Shown: in pieces, positions 11,208 to 24,882 of the stretch
Numbering within the stretch: position 1 is the stretch's first letter
How the letters are laid out: each line of letters opens with the position of its first letter
The notes under the pieces: generated by a model
Told to the model about the DNA's origin: nothing
The model's input: only the letters and a program-made list of their open reading frames with translations
The model's database searches: none
Source of the DNA: Mobula hypostoma
Taxonomy: Eukaryota
Direction of reading: 5' to 3'
Assembly (NCBI RefSeq): GCF_963921235.1
Contig: NC_086112.1
Location: 62,992,001-63,056,000, forward strand
DNA: 64,000 nt
Program-made: the position numbers and the translations under genes

Positions 11208-12394
11208 CAGTGCATTCCAGTTAATTGGGCAATCGGTTAATCAGGGCAGCCACTTATTTGGAACAACCCTGAAAGAACAAAAACTAAACCAAACAATAGC
11301 CATGACTCCCTTTGTTTATTCGGCACAATACCAAATACCCTCGTTTAATTGGGGAAGGAGACTGTTGCCGAACAGTTTCCAATTAGCGTGCACCTGCATG
11401 GCTGTTAAGACACTGCTTAGTGTGATCAGTTTCTAAATAGTGTCAATTGCATGTGTATGCTCAAAAAAAAAGCAGTGATTTTGATGGCGAGAAGTAATCA
11501 GTAAGACAATTCGGAACGGTTTTGCTCACAGTAGTTTCAAGCATTCAGCCTGGAAATGCCAGAAAGTGCTGGGAGTGACAATGAAAAAAACTCACTAAAG
11601 CAAATTAGAAATTATAAAAATTTGAAGATATTGAAAATCATCTTGAACTTTACAATGAAAGTGAAGATTTGGAGGATGCAATCATCTGAATTATTGTTTG
11701 AGGCAGTCCATTATCTGCACTAGGTGTCTATGTTAATTTTGTTTGTTTACAGTCAATCAAAAGAACACAGTAGATGAATTTCTCCGCGGATAACCATTAG
11801 GAACTAATATTCAGTTTTACAGTACTGTAGAGATATGGGTAATGGAAGTATGCTAATACTTTATACTTTATTGTTGCCAAACAATTGATACTAGAACATA
11901 CAATCATCACAGCAATATTTGATTCTGCGCTTCCCGCTCCCTGGATTACAAATTGATAGTAAATATTAAAGATTGAAATTATAAATCATAAATAGAAAAT
12001 AGAAAAATATAAAGTAAGGTAGTGCAAAAAAAACCGGGAGGCAGGTCCAGATATTTGAAGGGTACGGCCCAGATCCGGGTCAGGATCCGTTCAGCAGTCT
12101 TATCACAGTTGGAAAGAAGCCGTTCCCAAATCTGGCCGTATGAGTCTTCAAGCTCCTGAGCCTTCTCCTGGAGGGCAGAGGGACGAAAAGTGTGTTGGCT
12201 GGGTGGGTTGTGTCCTTGGCAAGATCAATTTGTTTTGTATTTCATTTAAATACATACATTGTTACTCAGTTAAATGGTAGTTTGTCTTTTATTATACCTT
12301 TTAACTGTTTCAATGAAACCAGCTATTTGTAACAGCCACTTAATTGGGCCAAAATGTCCTGGTCCCAATGTGTCCCATTAACCAGAATCCACTA
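11208..12394. mobile_element. Degenerate Tigger-like non-autonomous element with a nested Rex-like LINE 3' end (about 11856-12220, - strand)
   Basis: Imperfect TIRs are cagtgcattccagttaattggg and cccattaaccagaatccact, with repeated ccacttaattggg sub-terminal motifs. Confidence 0.65.
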
Positions 12395-13489
12395 TATTCA
12401 CATTTTAAGTGTACCTTGGTACTTTTTTTTTTGGCTTTTAACTGGAAATAGGATACATTTCAAATTCAATGCACCCAATTCATTTCTTCACCATCAGCTC
12501 AAGTTTCCTTTCGTCCAGAAGGTTCCATATATTATCTTTTTAAAGAGTCAAAATAAATGAATGTCTTTCAGCTAACTTAGTCTCCAATCTTGTACAAAAG
12601 ATCTATTGCTTTTTGCAAACAACATTTAGTTACTCCCAAAGATACTCTTCAACTGTGCAATCAGAATCAGGTTTATTACCACTGAGATGTCATGAAATGT
12701 GTTGTTTTACGCAGCAGTACAGTCCAAGTTACAAAAATAAATAAATAGTGAGGAGGAGGAACAGCACTGTCATGTTCATGGTTTCATAGACCATTCAAAA
12801 ATCCGACAGCGGAAGGGAAAAGCTGTTCCTAAAGCTGCCAGCAGAAGTGGCAGATGCCAGGTCAATTGTAACATTTAAGAGTACATTATTGAAAGACATA
12901 TGGAGAGCTATGGTCCATTTGCAGGTAGATGGGACTTGGCAGACGATCAGGACAGCACAAACTAGATGACTGAAGAGCCTAGATCTGTGCTGTACTGCTT
13001 TATGACCCTATGACTCTACAGAAAGTGGCTGGTGTACCCTCTTCCTGATTGCATCAATGTGTTAGGCCCAGGATCAATCCTCTGTCACCTGGAAACTTGA
13101 AATTGCTCACCCTTTTCACTGCTGACCCTTCGATAATAATGTGTGTTTTCCTGACTTCCTTCTCTTGGTCTTGCTGATCTTGAATGCAAAATTGCATGAC
13201 AATGATTTTTATGCTTAGAAATTAAGTACATTTTTTGGAAAGGAAATAAAAATCACCCTACCATTGTTCCATTTAGTGGAGTGGTGCAGCAAATATCCTA
13301 CTTTGTTACAGAATAATAAGACTAGTACAGCACAGAAACAGATCCTTCATGCTAAAGTACCCATTCGTACAAATCCTACAGCAATACCAGTCTGAATGCT
13401 CCCCAAATTCTTATCAACTCTGCTCCACATTCTACAACTCACTTACACACGAGGGGCAATTTATAGTTGTCAAATCTACCAGACATCCT

Positions 13490-13955
13490 TTATTCATTCA
13501 GGGGATGTGGGTTTCACAGGCTGAGCCTGCATTTAATTGCCTATGAGCTGGAGGTAGTGAGGCACCTTCTTACTTCACTGCAGTTCTCGAGGTGTGGGAG
13601 TTGTTGCTTGGGAGAGTCTTCCACGATTTTTGGCCCAGTGATGGTGAAGGAACAACAAAGTAATTGCAAGTCAGGATGCTGTGTGACTTAGAGAGCAACT
13701 TCCAGGTTTTGTCCTTCTGGCTGGTACAAGTAATAGATTTGTATGTAATGTGCTCAGTGAGTTGCTGCCATGCATCCTACAAACTGCTGTCATTGTGCAT
13801 CAGTGGTGGAGTGGGTGATTGGTTGCAGACGACGCGGCGATCAAGCGGCCGCTTATATTCTGTACAGTGTTGAGCTTCTTGAGTGTTGTTAAGCTGCATT
13901 TATCCAGGCCAGTATACAATATTCCATCACACTTCTGATTTAACCTCATAGACAG
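13490..13955 (-). mobile_element. Old LINE (CR1/L2 group) 3' fragment
   Basis: A degenerate ...TTLKKLNTVQN..GRLIAA peptide resembles the LINE RT C-terminal region. Confidence 0.5.
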
Positions 13956-15519
13956 GACATCAGGTAAATATTTCCTTAAACATGAAGCAACTGCAAATCT
14001 TGAAGCCAACACACAAGGAATGTTTATTATTTATAGCCATTATTCACTTTTTAAATTATACTACAATGTACTTAAAGATTATACATTTACAATGTATGAA
14101 AATTATAGCACTTATAAACTATTTGCATAGAGAACTTGAACAGATATACTGCAGAGAGGTGTTTTAACAAGTACACTTTACTTTAAGAGAAAAGGTCTGA
14201 CATCTGTGAAAATTACTCCCTTAAATTGTTGAACTACTGTATAACTGTTTAATGAAATTAGGTCAGTGAATCATTCAAAAGCATTGGCAGAGATAAAAGA
14301 CTTGCGGAAATAATGGAAGCAAAAATGGTTTAAAAGTGCTGCTCAGCTGATTTCTTGCAATTCTATCTGGCATCACTTTTCATCCCACTGGTACAGAAAA
14401 TTTATAGGCAATTCCTACTTTTAATGTGATTTTGATAAAGTAACAAATAAAGTAACCAACACACAACAGTAATTTCTTCAACAGTTCAGATAATGTCACA
14501 AACCAAATGACAGATGGCAAAATGATTTATAGTTACTTTCCTCTAATATATAAAGCAATAGACCACTAACACAGTTCAGATAAGGCTAGTATAAACCACC
14601 AAATCAGAAACAGATCCAGGCTCAGAAAGTGTATTAATTTTTCACCACAGAAATAAAAGTATGTACATCAGATCAGGTACATCCACGTCAGGAATACTCT
14701 GTACCTGACACAAAGCAAAGCTTTACTTGATCTTGCCAAATCACGTAATATCCAAAGATTTTACTCCATATCTTCATTTGTCACACCATACTTCCTTCAA
14801 GCTTCTGAATGAGGTTACCAATTTAGATCCAACTGTAAAGCAATTTAAGTTGAAGCCTCATCCAAGTCACAAGCAGGGTTGGAGCCATCAGTACAAACAT
14901 ACTGATTTCAGCAATCGAGGCAAAGGAGAAATTCCAGAGGAAGCAGGACTTCATATTGACCTCCTTTGAGCCACACTTTCTTTTGAGTGCATGTCAACTT
15001 TTGCAGCCAAACCAAGCAACATCTGTACTTCTATTATGCAAAATGAATCACATACTTGAGTAATCCCTACTGAACCATTAAGCTTTACTTATCACACTGA
15101 TATACCAGTAATTCAATTCAATTCTTGGGTAAAAAAAACACTCTGTAGGCAACAAAGTAAAACATTATTAGCCCTAAAGGCAGATCAGTCAACAGAGAGA
15201 TGGAAGGATTTAGCTGTTTGATAACGTTCCATGAGGTAAATAAAGAGATTAATAGTGCATGTTATGTACAAGAATTGCAATTCAAAATACTAAAAAGCAA
15301 TACCCTTCAAAACAATTCAATTACATATGCTGCTCTCAAGCATCTGGAAAACACAACAGTACAGCAAACTTTCTCTCAAACTGTTTCTATGCACGATTAA
15401 AACACAAAATAGCTTTGGTGTATTTCAGTTACATGAAGACCCAAAATCTGCTGGAGCTGCAACATCAACTGCAATGAACTCGGTATTTTATTTTGCCAGC
15501 AAAACAAAAGAGCTAGTCA

Positions 15520-16240
15520 CTGACTAAGAAGGGGGATGGTGCACTTGTTCATGCCAACATCAAAAATGTTGGGGCTGATAGGGTTGGCAGGTTCAAGTCC
15601 CTAGGTGTGACCATCACGAATAGCCTGTCCTAGTCCATCACTGGCAGGAAAACTCAGCGACACCTCCTCTTCCTCAAAATGTTAAAGAAAATTGACATGT
15701 TCTTGTATCAATTTTACACCATAGGACTGGGCACATCATGACTTGGTATGGAAACTGTTCTGCCAGTCACTGCAAACTGCAGAGAGTTGTGAACACAGCT
15801 CAGAATATCACAGAACCAGCCTCTCCTCCATGAACTCCATTATATACTTCTCACTGTTCAGTCAAGCAGCCAGCATAATCAAAGACACCACCACCCTGGA
15901 TATTCTATCCTCTTCCATTTTCCATCAGGCAGAAGATACAAAAGCCTGAAAGTACATACCACTAGGCATCAGAACAGCTTCTACTCCACTGTTATAAGTA
16001 ATTCCCTAATACAACAAATTGGACTCTTGACTTCACAATCTACCTCTCTTTATGATCTTGTACCTTATTGATTACCTGCACAGTACTTTCTCTGTAACTG
16101 TTACACTTTATTCTGCATTGTTATTGTTTTATTTTGTTCTACCTGCATGCACTCTGTAATGGTCTGATCTGTATTGAACAGTATGCATGAAAAAATTCTC
16201 TTGGTTTGTCAGTACGTTACCATAATAAACCAATTCCAAT
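15520..16240 (+). mobile_element. Rex1/Babar LINE 3' fragment
   Basis: Remnants of FKFLG, KLQRVVNTAQNIT and KAASIIKD..HP motifs are visible. The tail is aataaaccaattccaat. Confidence 0.75.
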
Positions 16241-16731
16241 ATTTTTTTAATAATTCAATAAATCTGTCTTATTAGTAGATGGAAAAGTGAATTGATAAGG
16301 TGAGATCAAGAGCGTAATTGGAACTTCATGAGTTTCCTAACTCTGCAGGGCCTACAACCTTGACTAATAAAGGCAATGATGGAAAAGTAGACCAAATTAT
16401 AAGCAAACAGGGCGGATGAAGAATAAAATCAGATATCAAAAACAAATAAAGACTGGGTTAATTCTGAGAGCAAAAATGAAACTATACTGAACATTTGAAT
16501 GTATTACTTTCTCATCTTTTTTGCCCGTATCTTAATTACAAAATGTTGGATAACATTCAGAATTTCAAGTTTCTTTTAACCATCTTATAGTCAACAACTC
16601 AAGCATCATCTATACAACATCATGCACTAGAAACCCTTTTTTTTTCCAGGTGGCATGAACCAGATTTCGATTCACTTGTTCCACTAAAATTACATCATGA
16701 GGTTAAAAGATTCCCTTGGGATATTTTAAAA

Positions 16732-16810
16732 CAGGTGTTCCCAACCTTTTTTATGCCATGGAGCCTTACCATTAACCAAGGGAATGGTGGACCCCAGGTT
16801 GGGAACCCAC
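16732..16810. mobile_element. About 80-bp hAT (Charlie/Buster-like) MITE
   Basis: TIRs are caggtgttcccaacct and aggttgggaacccac, with (t)tttaaaa on both flanks. Confidence 0.75.
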
Positions 16811-17679
16811 TTTAAAACAAATACTTTTCCGTTATTAAATTGCAATATCAAAGCATCAAAGCTGTGACTAAATTGAGTCAAACCCAACCCTTGAAATGCT
16901 ACTTAGGAATACACTCTGGTACTGTAATCAAATTTCATGCATCTGTCCACTATCTTGGCGAAAACCATTGATTGGTCCTACTTTATTCCATGCACATTTT
17001 AAACCACATTTTTCACTTTTTTTTTAACTGAATTAATACCAAGTGCAGAGAACAGAATGAAATGTACAATGCTTTCATTGGAAGGAATCTGGCTTTAGCT
17101 GCAGTGAAAGGTTAAGGCTTTCCCACAAAAGGAGTAGGTGCCATATTTTCTTGTAGCACTGCAGAGATGATTCTACCATTTATGTGATCTGACTAGAATG
17201 TGTTCCTGCAAGTTTTAACCAAAACTACAGTGTAAGTCCACCAATTCTGCAGTATCATGACTAATGTAAGCTTCCTCAATCCTAAAGTTAAGGAAACCTG
17301 TGGGGCCAACACTGCCATGGAGGAACAACTTGGGATTCAGCTGATCAATAGGATAGGGTGCCTAGTTTTAAAGGCACAGAAGCAATAAAGGGAACCTTAA
17401 CAGTCTGAGGAACACCTCACTCCATGAGCGCTCCCTGCAGAATCAATACCACAACTTCTTGTAGTAGCAAATTTCACATTCCTAAGCGTCATTACAGTAA
17501 TTAAGTTTCTTCCAAATTTCTAACTGGATTTACAAACATATTATAATTTTGACCTCTGATGAAAGTACCTTCTCAACATTTACCTTTCATTATTCTCAAG
17601 TTATCTAGCACTTCATAGATTAGCCTTTCTATTTCTGCAGAACTCTTTCCCAGCGATAAATTATATATTGGCAGGGAAG

Positions 17680-18420
17680 TTCAAGTTCAATTGTCATTCA
17701 ACCATACATGAATACTCATGAATACAGCCAAATGAAACAGTGTTCCACTGGAGCAAAGCTCAGCACCAGCAGTCATACACAGCACAAAGCACATATAGCA
17801 CACATAAGATAGCAATAAATTTACACTCACACAAAAATATATGATATAGTCCAAGTCCCTGAATCCATAATTATTGTCAGCAAGAGCAAGCCTACAGTAG
17901 TCTGCAGATGAACACAATTCAGCTCGTCTTCCATGGAGCCAACTCTACAGGACAGCACCATCGCCAGCATGGATGCTGCATAACACTGCCTCTCTCTTGG
18001 TCAGCTGCAAATAGTCAACACCACTGCTTGAGGCCTAGACTGTAATACAACTGAGGCCACACAGCTTCCCTGCCATCGGTTCTGCCTATAAACCAGTGAA
18101 CTGGACTTGCAGCATTCCACATTACCAATGTTCAACAGGGTCTTGACAATACAAAAAAAAATGGCAAAGACAATCACTTGCAGTATATCACTACACTCCG
18201 CCTTTGCACACCAAATCCGATGCCTCTCTGCAGCAGACAGCAAAATGGTCTACACCAAATCCACCTCTTCTGCCAATGAGCAACTCGCTGATGGGGTAGA
18301 CCTGCAATACTGGAAATTCTTAATATCCAGCAGTATCTTCTGATAGTAAAAAAGATGTTTTATAAAGACAATAACACACTTGGTTGGCCCCGTAAAGGCT
18401 GCTGTGTTCGAGCGTGCCGC
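17680..18420 (-). mobile_element. Non-coding interspersed repeat with LINE-like 3' tail; a second copy lies at about 19810-20349
   Basis: The two regions share blocks such as gacttgcagcattccaca...ccaatgt.caacagggtcttg and aactcgctgatggggtaga. The tail is aagttcaagttcaattgtcatt. Confidence 0.6.
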
Positions 18421-18429
18421 CATCTTACT

Positions 18430-19805
18430 AGAATATTTGTTGGAGCAACTTGGGAAAAGTTTAAATTAGTCTGGCAAGGCATGGAACTAGAGTACCAGCT
18501 AAGAATATGGCGTGATCGAGCAAACGGCAAATGCCATGACCAGGAACATGGTAATGAAGGAAAAGTGGGAATGGGACAGAAGGGTTGAAGCATGTTTTAT
18601 ATTAATGCTGAGAGTATTAAGGGCAAGGGTGATGAACTTAAGAGCATGGATCAGTACATAATGTTGTGTCCATTAGAGAGACTTGGTCAAGAGAGAGAGA
18701 CAGCTCTGGATTCTTAATGTTTCAGGGTTTTGATGTTTTAGAGGGAAGTAGGAAGAGTGCACTACTAATCAGGACAATATCACACCTGCTCTCAAAGGGA
18801 ACACAATGAAGGGCTCATCCACTGACTAGAACCTAAAAATAATAAAGATGCAATTACTCTAATGGGGTTATACAACAGACCCCACCCCACCCCCAGTCAC
18901 CAGGACAATGATGAACAAATATATAGCAATATTCAGGGAGGATGTGAAAAAAATAACAGGGTTGTTGTCATGAGTGACTTTAAATTCCCAAATATAGACT
19001 GGGACCTACTTAGTGCACAAGGTTTAGATGGACAAAACTTGTTACATATATCTAATATACTTTGTTAACTTAGTATGCCAGAGAAGAGGGATCACGAGGA
19101 AGTGATTAGGACCATTAAAGGATAAAGGAGGTAAAGTATGTGGAGAAGGTCTGAAATGAGTACTTTAGATCAGTATTTACCAAGAAAAAGAACATGGAGT
19201 ATAGTGTGATCAGTGTATAGTGTGATCAGTGTAGAGTGAGCTAATATGCTGGTGCACTTTGAAATAAAGAAAGAGATGGTGATGGGTCTCCTGAAGAACA
19301 TTTAAGGTGGACAAGTCCCCAGGGCTGGATAGGATATACCTCAGGTAATTGAGAGAGGAAAGATTGCTGGGGCCTTGACCATGATCTTAATATCTTCACG
19401 AACCACATGCAAAGCCCTGGAGGACCGGCAAGTAGCTAATGTTTAGTTGTTCAAGAAAGGAAATCATTGATCAGTGAGTCTCACATCAGTGATAGTTAAG
19501 CTATTGAAGAGAATTCGTAGGAATAGGACTCATGTATTTTTGGAAAACCAAGGCCTAATTAGGGACAGTCAGGATGACTTTGTGTCATGCATGTCATGTG
19601 TTACAAACAAGTGAATTTTGTTGTATGGATTTTAGTAAGGCATTTGAAAAAATCCCTCATGGTATGCTCACCCAGAAAATTGAGAAGCATTGCATTGATG
19701 GTGACATAGTTGTTTGGGTACAGAATTGGCTTGCCTTTAGAAGGCAGATCCATGAATAGAGGGTTCTGCAGTGATCCATACTGGGACCTCTGTTGTTTGT
19801 GATAA
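18430..19805 (+). mobile_element. CR1 LINE, internally deleted (APE and RT remnants)
   Basis: Motifs are NAESIKGKGDEL, GLYNRP, VVVMSDFKFPNIDWD, KVDKSPGLD and MDFSKAFEKIPH. Confidence 0.85.
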
Positions 19806-20357
19806 AAACAAAATATAATCCATGTCGCCCAAGTCCATGAATGTTGCAGCAGTATGCAGTCAAACACAACACAGCTCATCTTCTATCAAGTGAATACTTC
19901 GGGACAGCACCGACTCCAGCATGAACGTCATGCCACACCACCTCCAGCACTCTAGTGAAGCACCCAACTCCAACGCCTCCCCTTGGGTGACTGCAAACAG
20001 GTGACACAGTGGCTTGAAGCCTTGTCCTCACTATGACCGAGGCCACACAGTTTCCCCTCCAATCCCCACCACCCCGCTCCCCACCGTTCACCAATAAACC
20101 AATAAATTAGACTTGCAGCATTCCACACAACCAATGTCCAACAGGGTCTTGCAATTACCCGCAAAGCTAGTAAGATGATCCCTCACTGTTAGACTGCACA
20201 CTTCCTTCGCACACCAATGCCTCTCTGTCGCAAGAAGCTTTACAGTCTGCATTAGGTTCAGCTTCTTCAGTTTCTCCACCAACAAGTAACTCGCTGATGG
20301 GGTAGATTTGCAGTAGTTCAAGTTTTTAATGTCCAGTAGGGTCTTGGTGTTGTAAAA

Positions 20358-21600
20358 CAGTCGTCCCCAACCACCGGGCCGCGGACCGATACCGGGCCGC
20401 AAAGCATACGCTACCAGGCCGCGAGGAAACGATATGATTTGGCGATAGGAGTCAGCTGCACCTTTCCACATTCCCTGTCACGCCCACTGTTGAGCTTGAA
20501 TGCACGCGAGGTCATTACACACGCGTCATCCATGTCAGCGCAGGAAGGAGATCAACTCCTCGAGCTTGCAACTGACAGCGCACTGAAAAGTATGTTTGAT
20601 ATAACATCTCTGCCGGCATTCTGGATCAAAGACAGGGCTAAATATCCTGAGATAGCCACGAAAGCACTGAAAACGTTGCTTCCATTTCCAACATTTTTCT
20701 GCGAAGCGGAGATTTCTGCAATGAATGCAACGAAAACCAAATTGCAGAATAGACTGGACATAAGAAACTCCCTTCGAGTATCACTGTCTCCCATCACCCC
20801 TCGATAGGACCGTCTTGTTGCAGGAAAACAAGCCCAGGGCTCCCACTGATTCAGCGATATTGGTGTGTTGCAATGATTTTATATGTTCATATGGGAAAAA
20901 TAATCTGCTGTGTGTTTAATATCCAAACGTTACTTAAAATGCTATGATGCTATTGACTTACTTGTATAACCATATAACAATTACAGCACGGAAACATGCG
21001 ATCTCTACCCTTCTAGTCCGTGTCGAATGCTACTCTCACCTAGTCCCACCGACCTGCACTCAGCCCATAACACTCCATTCCTTTCCTGTCCATATACCTA
21101 TCCAATTTTTCTTTAAATGATAATATCGAACCTGCCTCTACCACTTCTACTGGAAGTTCGTTCAACACTTACTTCAAGCTCCCCTGTCCTCCCGTGATAA
21201 TTGACTTATCGCTATATTCATGCAAGGAAATATGCGCTGTGTTTAATATTAAATTCGTTAGTTAACTCATTTTAGAAACAAAATTGAGTGTATTAGCCAC
21301 TTATCCCCTATAATCCGATCGTGATTAACCCCTCCCCCCCGAATGGAATCGCCAAAACCGATTTGCAGAAAAAAAAAATCGGCTGATACACACATGCACA
21401 GGTCATGCATGCACACTGGTGCCCACGCAAGGCCTGATGGTCATTGTAGTCTTTGCTGGGTAAACACGACGTATTTGACTGCTACTCTTGTCCGTTGGGA
21501 ACCCTACCCCGCCTCCCTCCCCACCGCCGGGTCAGCTGGTCCGCAAGAATATTGTCAATATTAATCCGGTCCGCAGTGCAAAAAAGGTTGGGGACCCCTG
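20358..21600 (+). mobile_element. Non-autonomous hAT (Buster/Charlie-like) transposon with C-terminal dimerisation-domain remnant and an internal CR1 3' fragment
   Basis: The 8-bp TSD ttgtaaaa (20350-20357, 21601-21608) has a central TA. TIRs are cagtcgtccccaacc and ggttggggacccctg. ORF 20439-20807 reads FWIK..KYPEIATKALKTLLPFPTFFCEAEISAM..TKTKLQNRL. Confidence 0.92.
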
Positions 21601-23019
21601 TTGTAAAATATATGATTAATACAGTTCTATGAACTGTGGCCTATTCATTGGTATGATGCAATTTCTTAGCCTAAATGTTACCCTTCATATTTTTTCAACA
21701 CTATTTTCAGTACCTCTATACTGTTAATATAAAATGGAAAACAGTATTCTATGCTTATTCCTTACCCTTTACCTATTCTAATTTACTACTACTTAAAAGT
21801 AGCAACATTTATCACAGCCTGCTCCTTCAATCACTTCTAAGATTTAACTTGTCTGTAAAATTATAGTGAGGAAGCTTCTGAGGCCAAGGATAAAGTTATA
21901 AGTAGGGCACAAAGCAGATTTTCCTCTTAGCCTTACAGCTATGTGATAGAAGTTGTGAACCCCAAAAACATTCAATTCTGTTGTAAGCCAGAATTGTCCA
22001 ATCATCTTTTGGTTAGTCTCCTGTGAGCTACTCTCCAGAAATTTCAGTTGCTTGCCTCTGCCGCCCATTCTTATTTTATTATATTGTAATAATGCAAGTT
22101 GTTGTAACACAAAAATTGCAAAGAATACTCAGCAGGTCAAGCAGCATCTTTGAAGAGGGTAAGTGAATTAACTTTCCAGATCAATGACTCAGCTTTTCTC
22201 TTCACAGATGCTGCCTAGCTGATTATTTATTTCAGATTTCCAGCATTTACAACATTTTATTCTTATGGACCGATGCTGTGATTGTTACCTCACTCTAGGT
22301 ATCACTTAACCAATCATTGCTGTCCTTCCCACTCACACACGTGCTGACTCCCAACCTTCCTTGAAAATTCACATCTTTCCATGTAAACAAAGATCTTCAT
22401 CAGGTCATCCTTCCCTCTAACTTTGTTGTGCTTCCTCAAACATACATTCTGGACTCTTGTGGATCTTTATCACCATTTGTTCCATCACTCGTGACTTGAG
22501 TTTCTGGTAGTTAACCCTCACAACCAAAAGTCCCTTCATTCTCCACTAAAAGCACAACCTCACTGTAGCTAATTAGCTGAACTCTCTGAAGAGATTCTAT
22601 ACCTCCTTCAATCAGAAGCACACACAAAATGCTGGAAGAATTCAGCAGGTCAGTCAGACCTATGGACATAAATAAATCCAGGTTGGGATTTCAAAACAAG
22701 GATAGAAATTTTAAAATATGTACTTGTTAGAAAGGAGTGTTTAATTTCTCATCAGGAATTTTAAGATATACACAAATCTCTAAGTTAAACATATTATAAA
22801 CCTTCAAATGTGTAGGTTCAAAGTATACATAAGAACATAATATATAACAGGAGCTAACAGAAAACTACTTACTGTTTCTGCAGATGCCTTAACAAATGTT
22901 AGCTATTAATGAATATGAATGGATTGTTGAAAACTGCCTGTTTGCAACCTTTTATCTGGTGACACATTAGCAAATATTTCACAAACGTCAAGCAAGTGGC
23001 ACTGGGATTTTTAAATAAA

Positions 23020-24490
23020 TAAAATATTGTAGATATTACAAACCTGAAATAAAAACAAATGCTGGAAACATTCAGTGGGTCATGCGGAAACTATGAAAAC
23101 CCTTCACACTAACAGGGAAATAGAAAGCAAATTAGTTTTAAGTTGCAGAGGAGGTAAAAGATGGATGGATTAGTTAAAGAGAACATTTCTGAAAGGTCAG
23201 TGTTGCTGTGGAGATAAGCTGTACATAAAACTATCTGATTGATGGGTTAACATAAGCAGTTGGAAAGAAATCATGGACAACGGAATATTAAAACTACAAA
23301 ATGTTGGAATAAAAACAAGAGCTGAGTAATGCAGAGATGTAGGAAATATCAAGCAAATCAATTCATGCTAGCTGAGACAGAAAAAATTAAGCAATTTCAT
23401 ATAGGTGACATAGCACAAGTGGCTGTTCTGATACAGAGAGAGCAAATTGTAGAATTTAATACTGAGGCAGGAGTGTTGGAACATCCTAATACAAGATAAA
23501 CTATCATTCCTCAAGCTTACATTAAGCCTTGTAATAACAGTGCAAGAGGCCACAGGGAGATAGATTAGAAGATTGATGGAATATTGAATTAAAATGGCAG
23601 TTCACAGAGGTCTCTGCAATCTGAATGCAGGTGTTCCAAAGTGATCACCCAATATGTCTGGTTTCTCAAACTTCAAGATCACATGCACACAGAAATGCAA
23701 AAAAAACTCTGTTCGAGTCCCTGTACAGTGAGAAGGGAAGAGGTGAAAAAACAGGCATTGTATATCCAGCAATGCTGCACCACTTATCCTTGCAAGCTCG
23801 ACAAGTGCTATATGCCCCTATACCACCAGCCTCTCCACCACTCCAGGCCCAGAATGGTCCTCTCAGGTGAGACAACACTTCATCTGCGAGTCTGTCGGGG
23901 TCATTTACTGTAACCAGTGCTCCCAATGCAGCCTCCTCTATATCAATAAGACCCAACGTAGACTGGGGAACAACATCGTCAAGCACATTTGTTCATCCAC
24001 CACAACAGGCAGGACTTCCCTACTCCCATTCCAATACGTTAGCCCACGATAAGACCATTCTCAGGTTGGAGGAGCAACATCCCATATTCTGTCTACCTGA
24101 TTACATGAATATCGATTTGTCTAACTTCCAGTAATTCCTCCACCCCTCCTTCTCTTTCTCCATTCCCCATTCTCCCCTTCTCATCCTCACTTGCCAATCA
24201 CCACTATTACTGCCACAAAACAACAATTTCACAACATGCTGGTGATAATAAACTTATTTTAGAAGGCCAGGGAGTTGTGAAGGAAATGGTCCCTTCAAAA
24301 GGCTGAAAGATGTCACTGGCAGTTGTGTTTCGAAAATGGAATTTTGCTGAAACTTGTGGAAATTGCAAAGGATGATCCATTGAATGCAGAGCCTATTGGA
24401 GTGGAAAGTTTCATCAAAACAAATTGAATAGACACAGGAACTGGAAGAATGAAATGGAGTATGTAGAAGGGGCAAGGTGAGAGGAAGTAC
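23020..24490. mobile_element. Old, rearranged Penelope-like element(s), arms in both orientations
   Basis: The + strand 23780-24200 encodes TYPCKLDKCY and QHFICESVGVIYCNQCSQCSLLYINKTQRRLG (GIY-YIG). Degenerate - strand pieces lie at 23020-23690 and 24260-24490. Confidence 0.7.
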
Positions 24491-24529
24491 AGTTGAGATA
24501 ACTGTAGGGTTAGAAATTTGTAACAGATG

Positions 24530-24882
24530 TTTGTCAGCAACTGTCAGCAGGCTGGATGGAGAGCGAGGTGTCTCCCAGTGGAGGTTGGTTATAGGAGATT
24601 CATAGCCCATTCTTTAGTTAGAGCCTTCAGCATTTTGGGCATCGAGGGAGAGAGGAAGAGCAGAGCCATCCGCAGTACCACCGATGCGGGAGAGAGGGCC
24701 TCAGGATGGCTGTGGCTCAAAAGAGGGGAGCCATGGAGTCATAAGTAGCTAGCCATCTGGACACAAGCTGGGGTCTGATCAGCCCCGGCTGGGTCACCTG
24801 GAGGAGGTTGTATGATGTTGAAAGACCCGAAACATCCGAAGATTCAAGGAACATCACTGAAGATGTGTCCAGAAGCATCAAT
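24530..24882 (+). mobile_element. HERO-like (R2 group, restriction-like endonuclease) non-LTR retrotransposon 3' end
   Basis: The peptide NCQQAGWRARCLPVEVGYRRFIAHSL..AFSILGI...RAIRSTTDAGERASGWLWLKR is the typical post-RLE C-terminus of HERO elements. It stops at 24748 and is followed by a structured 3' UTR. Confidence 0.8.
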
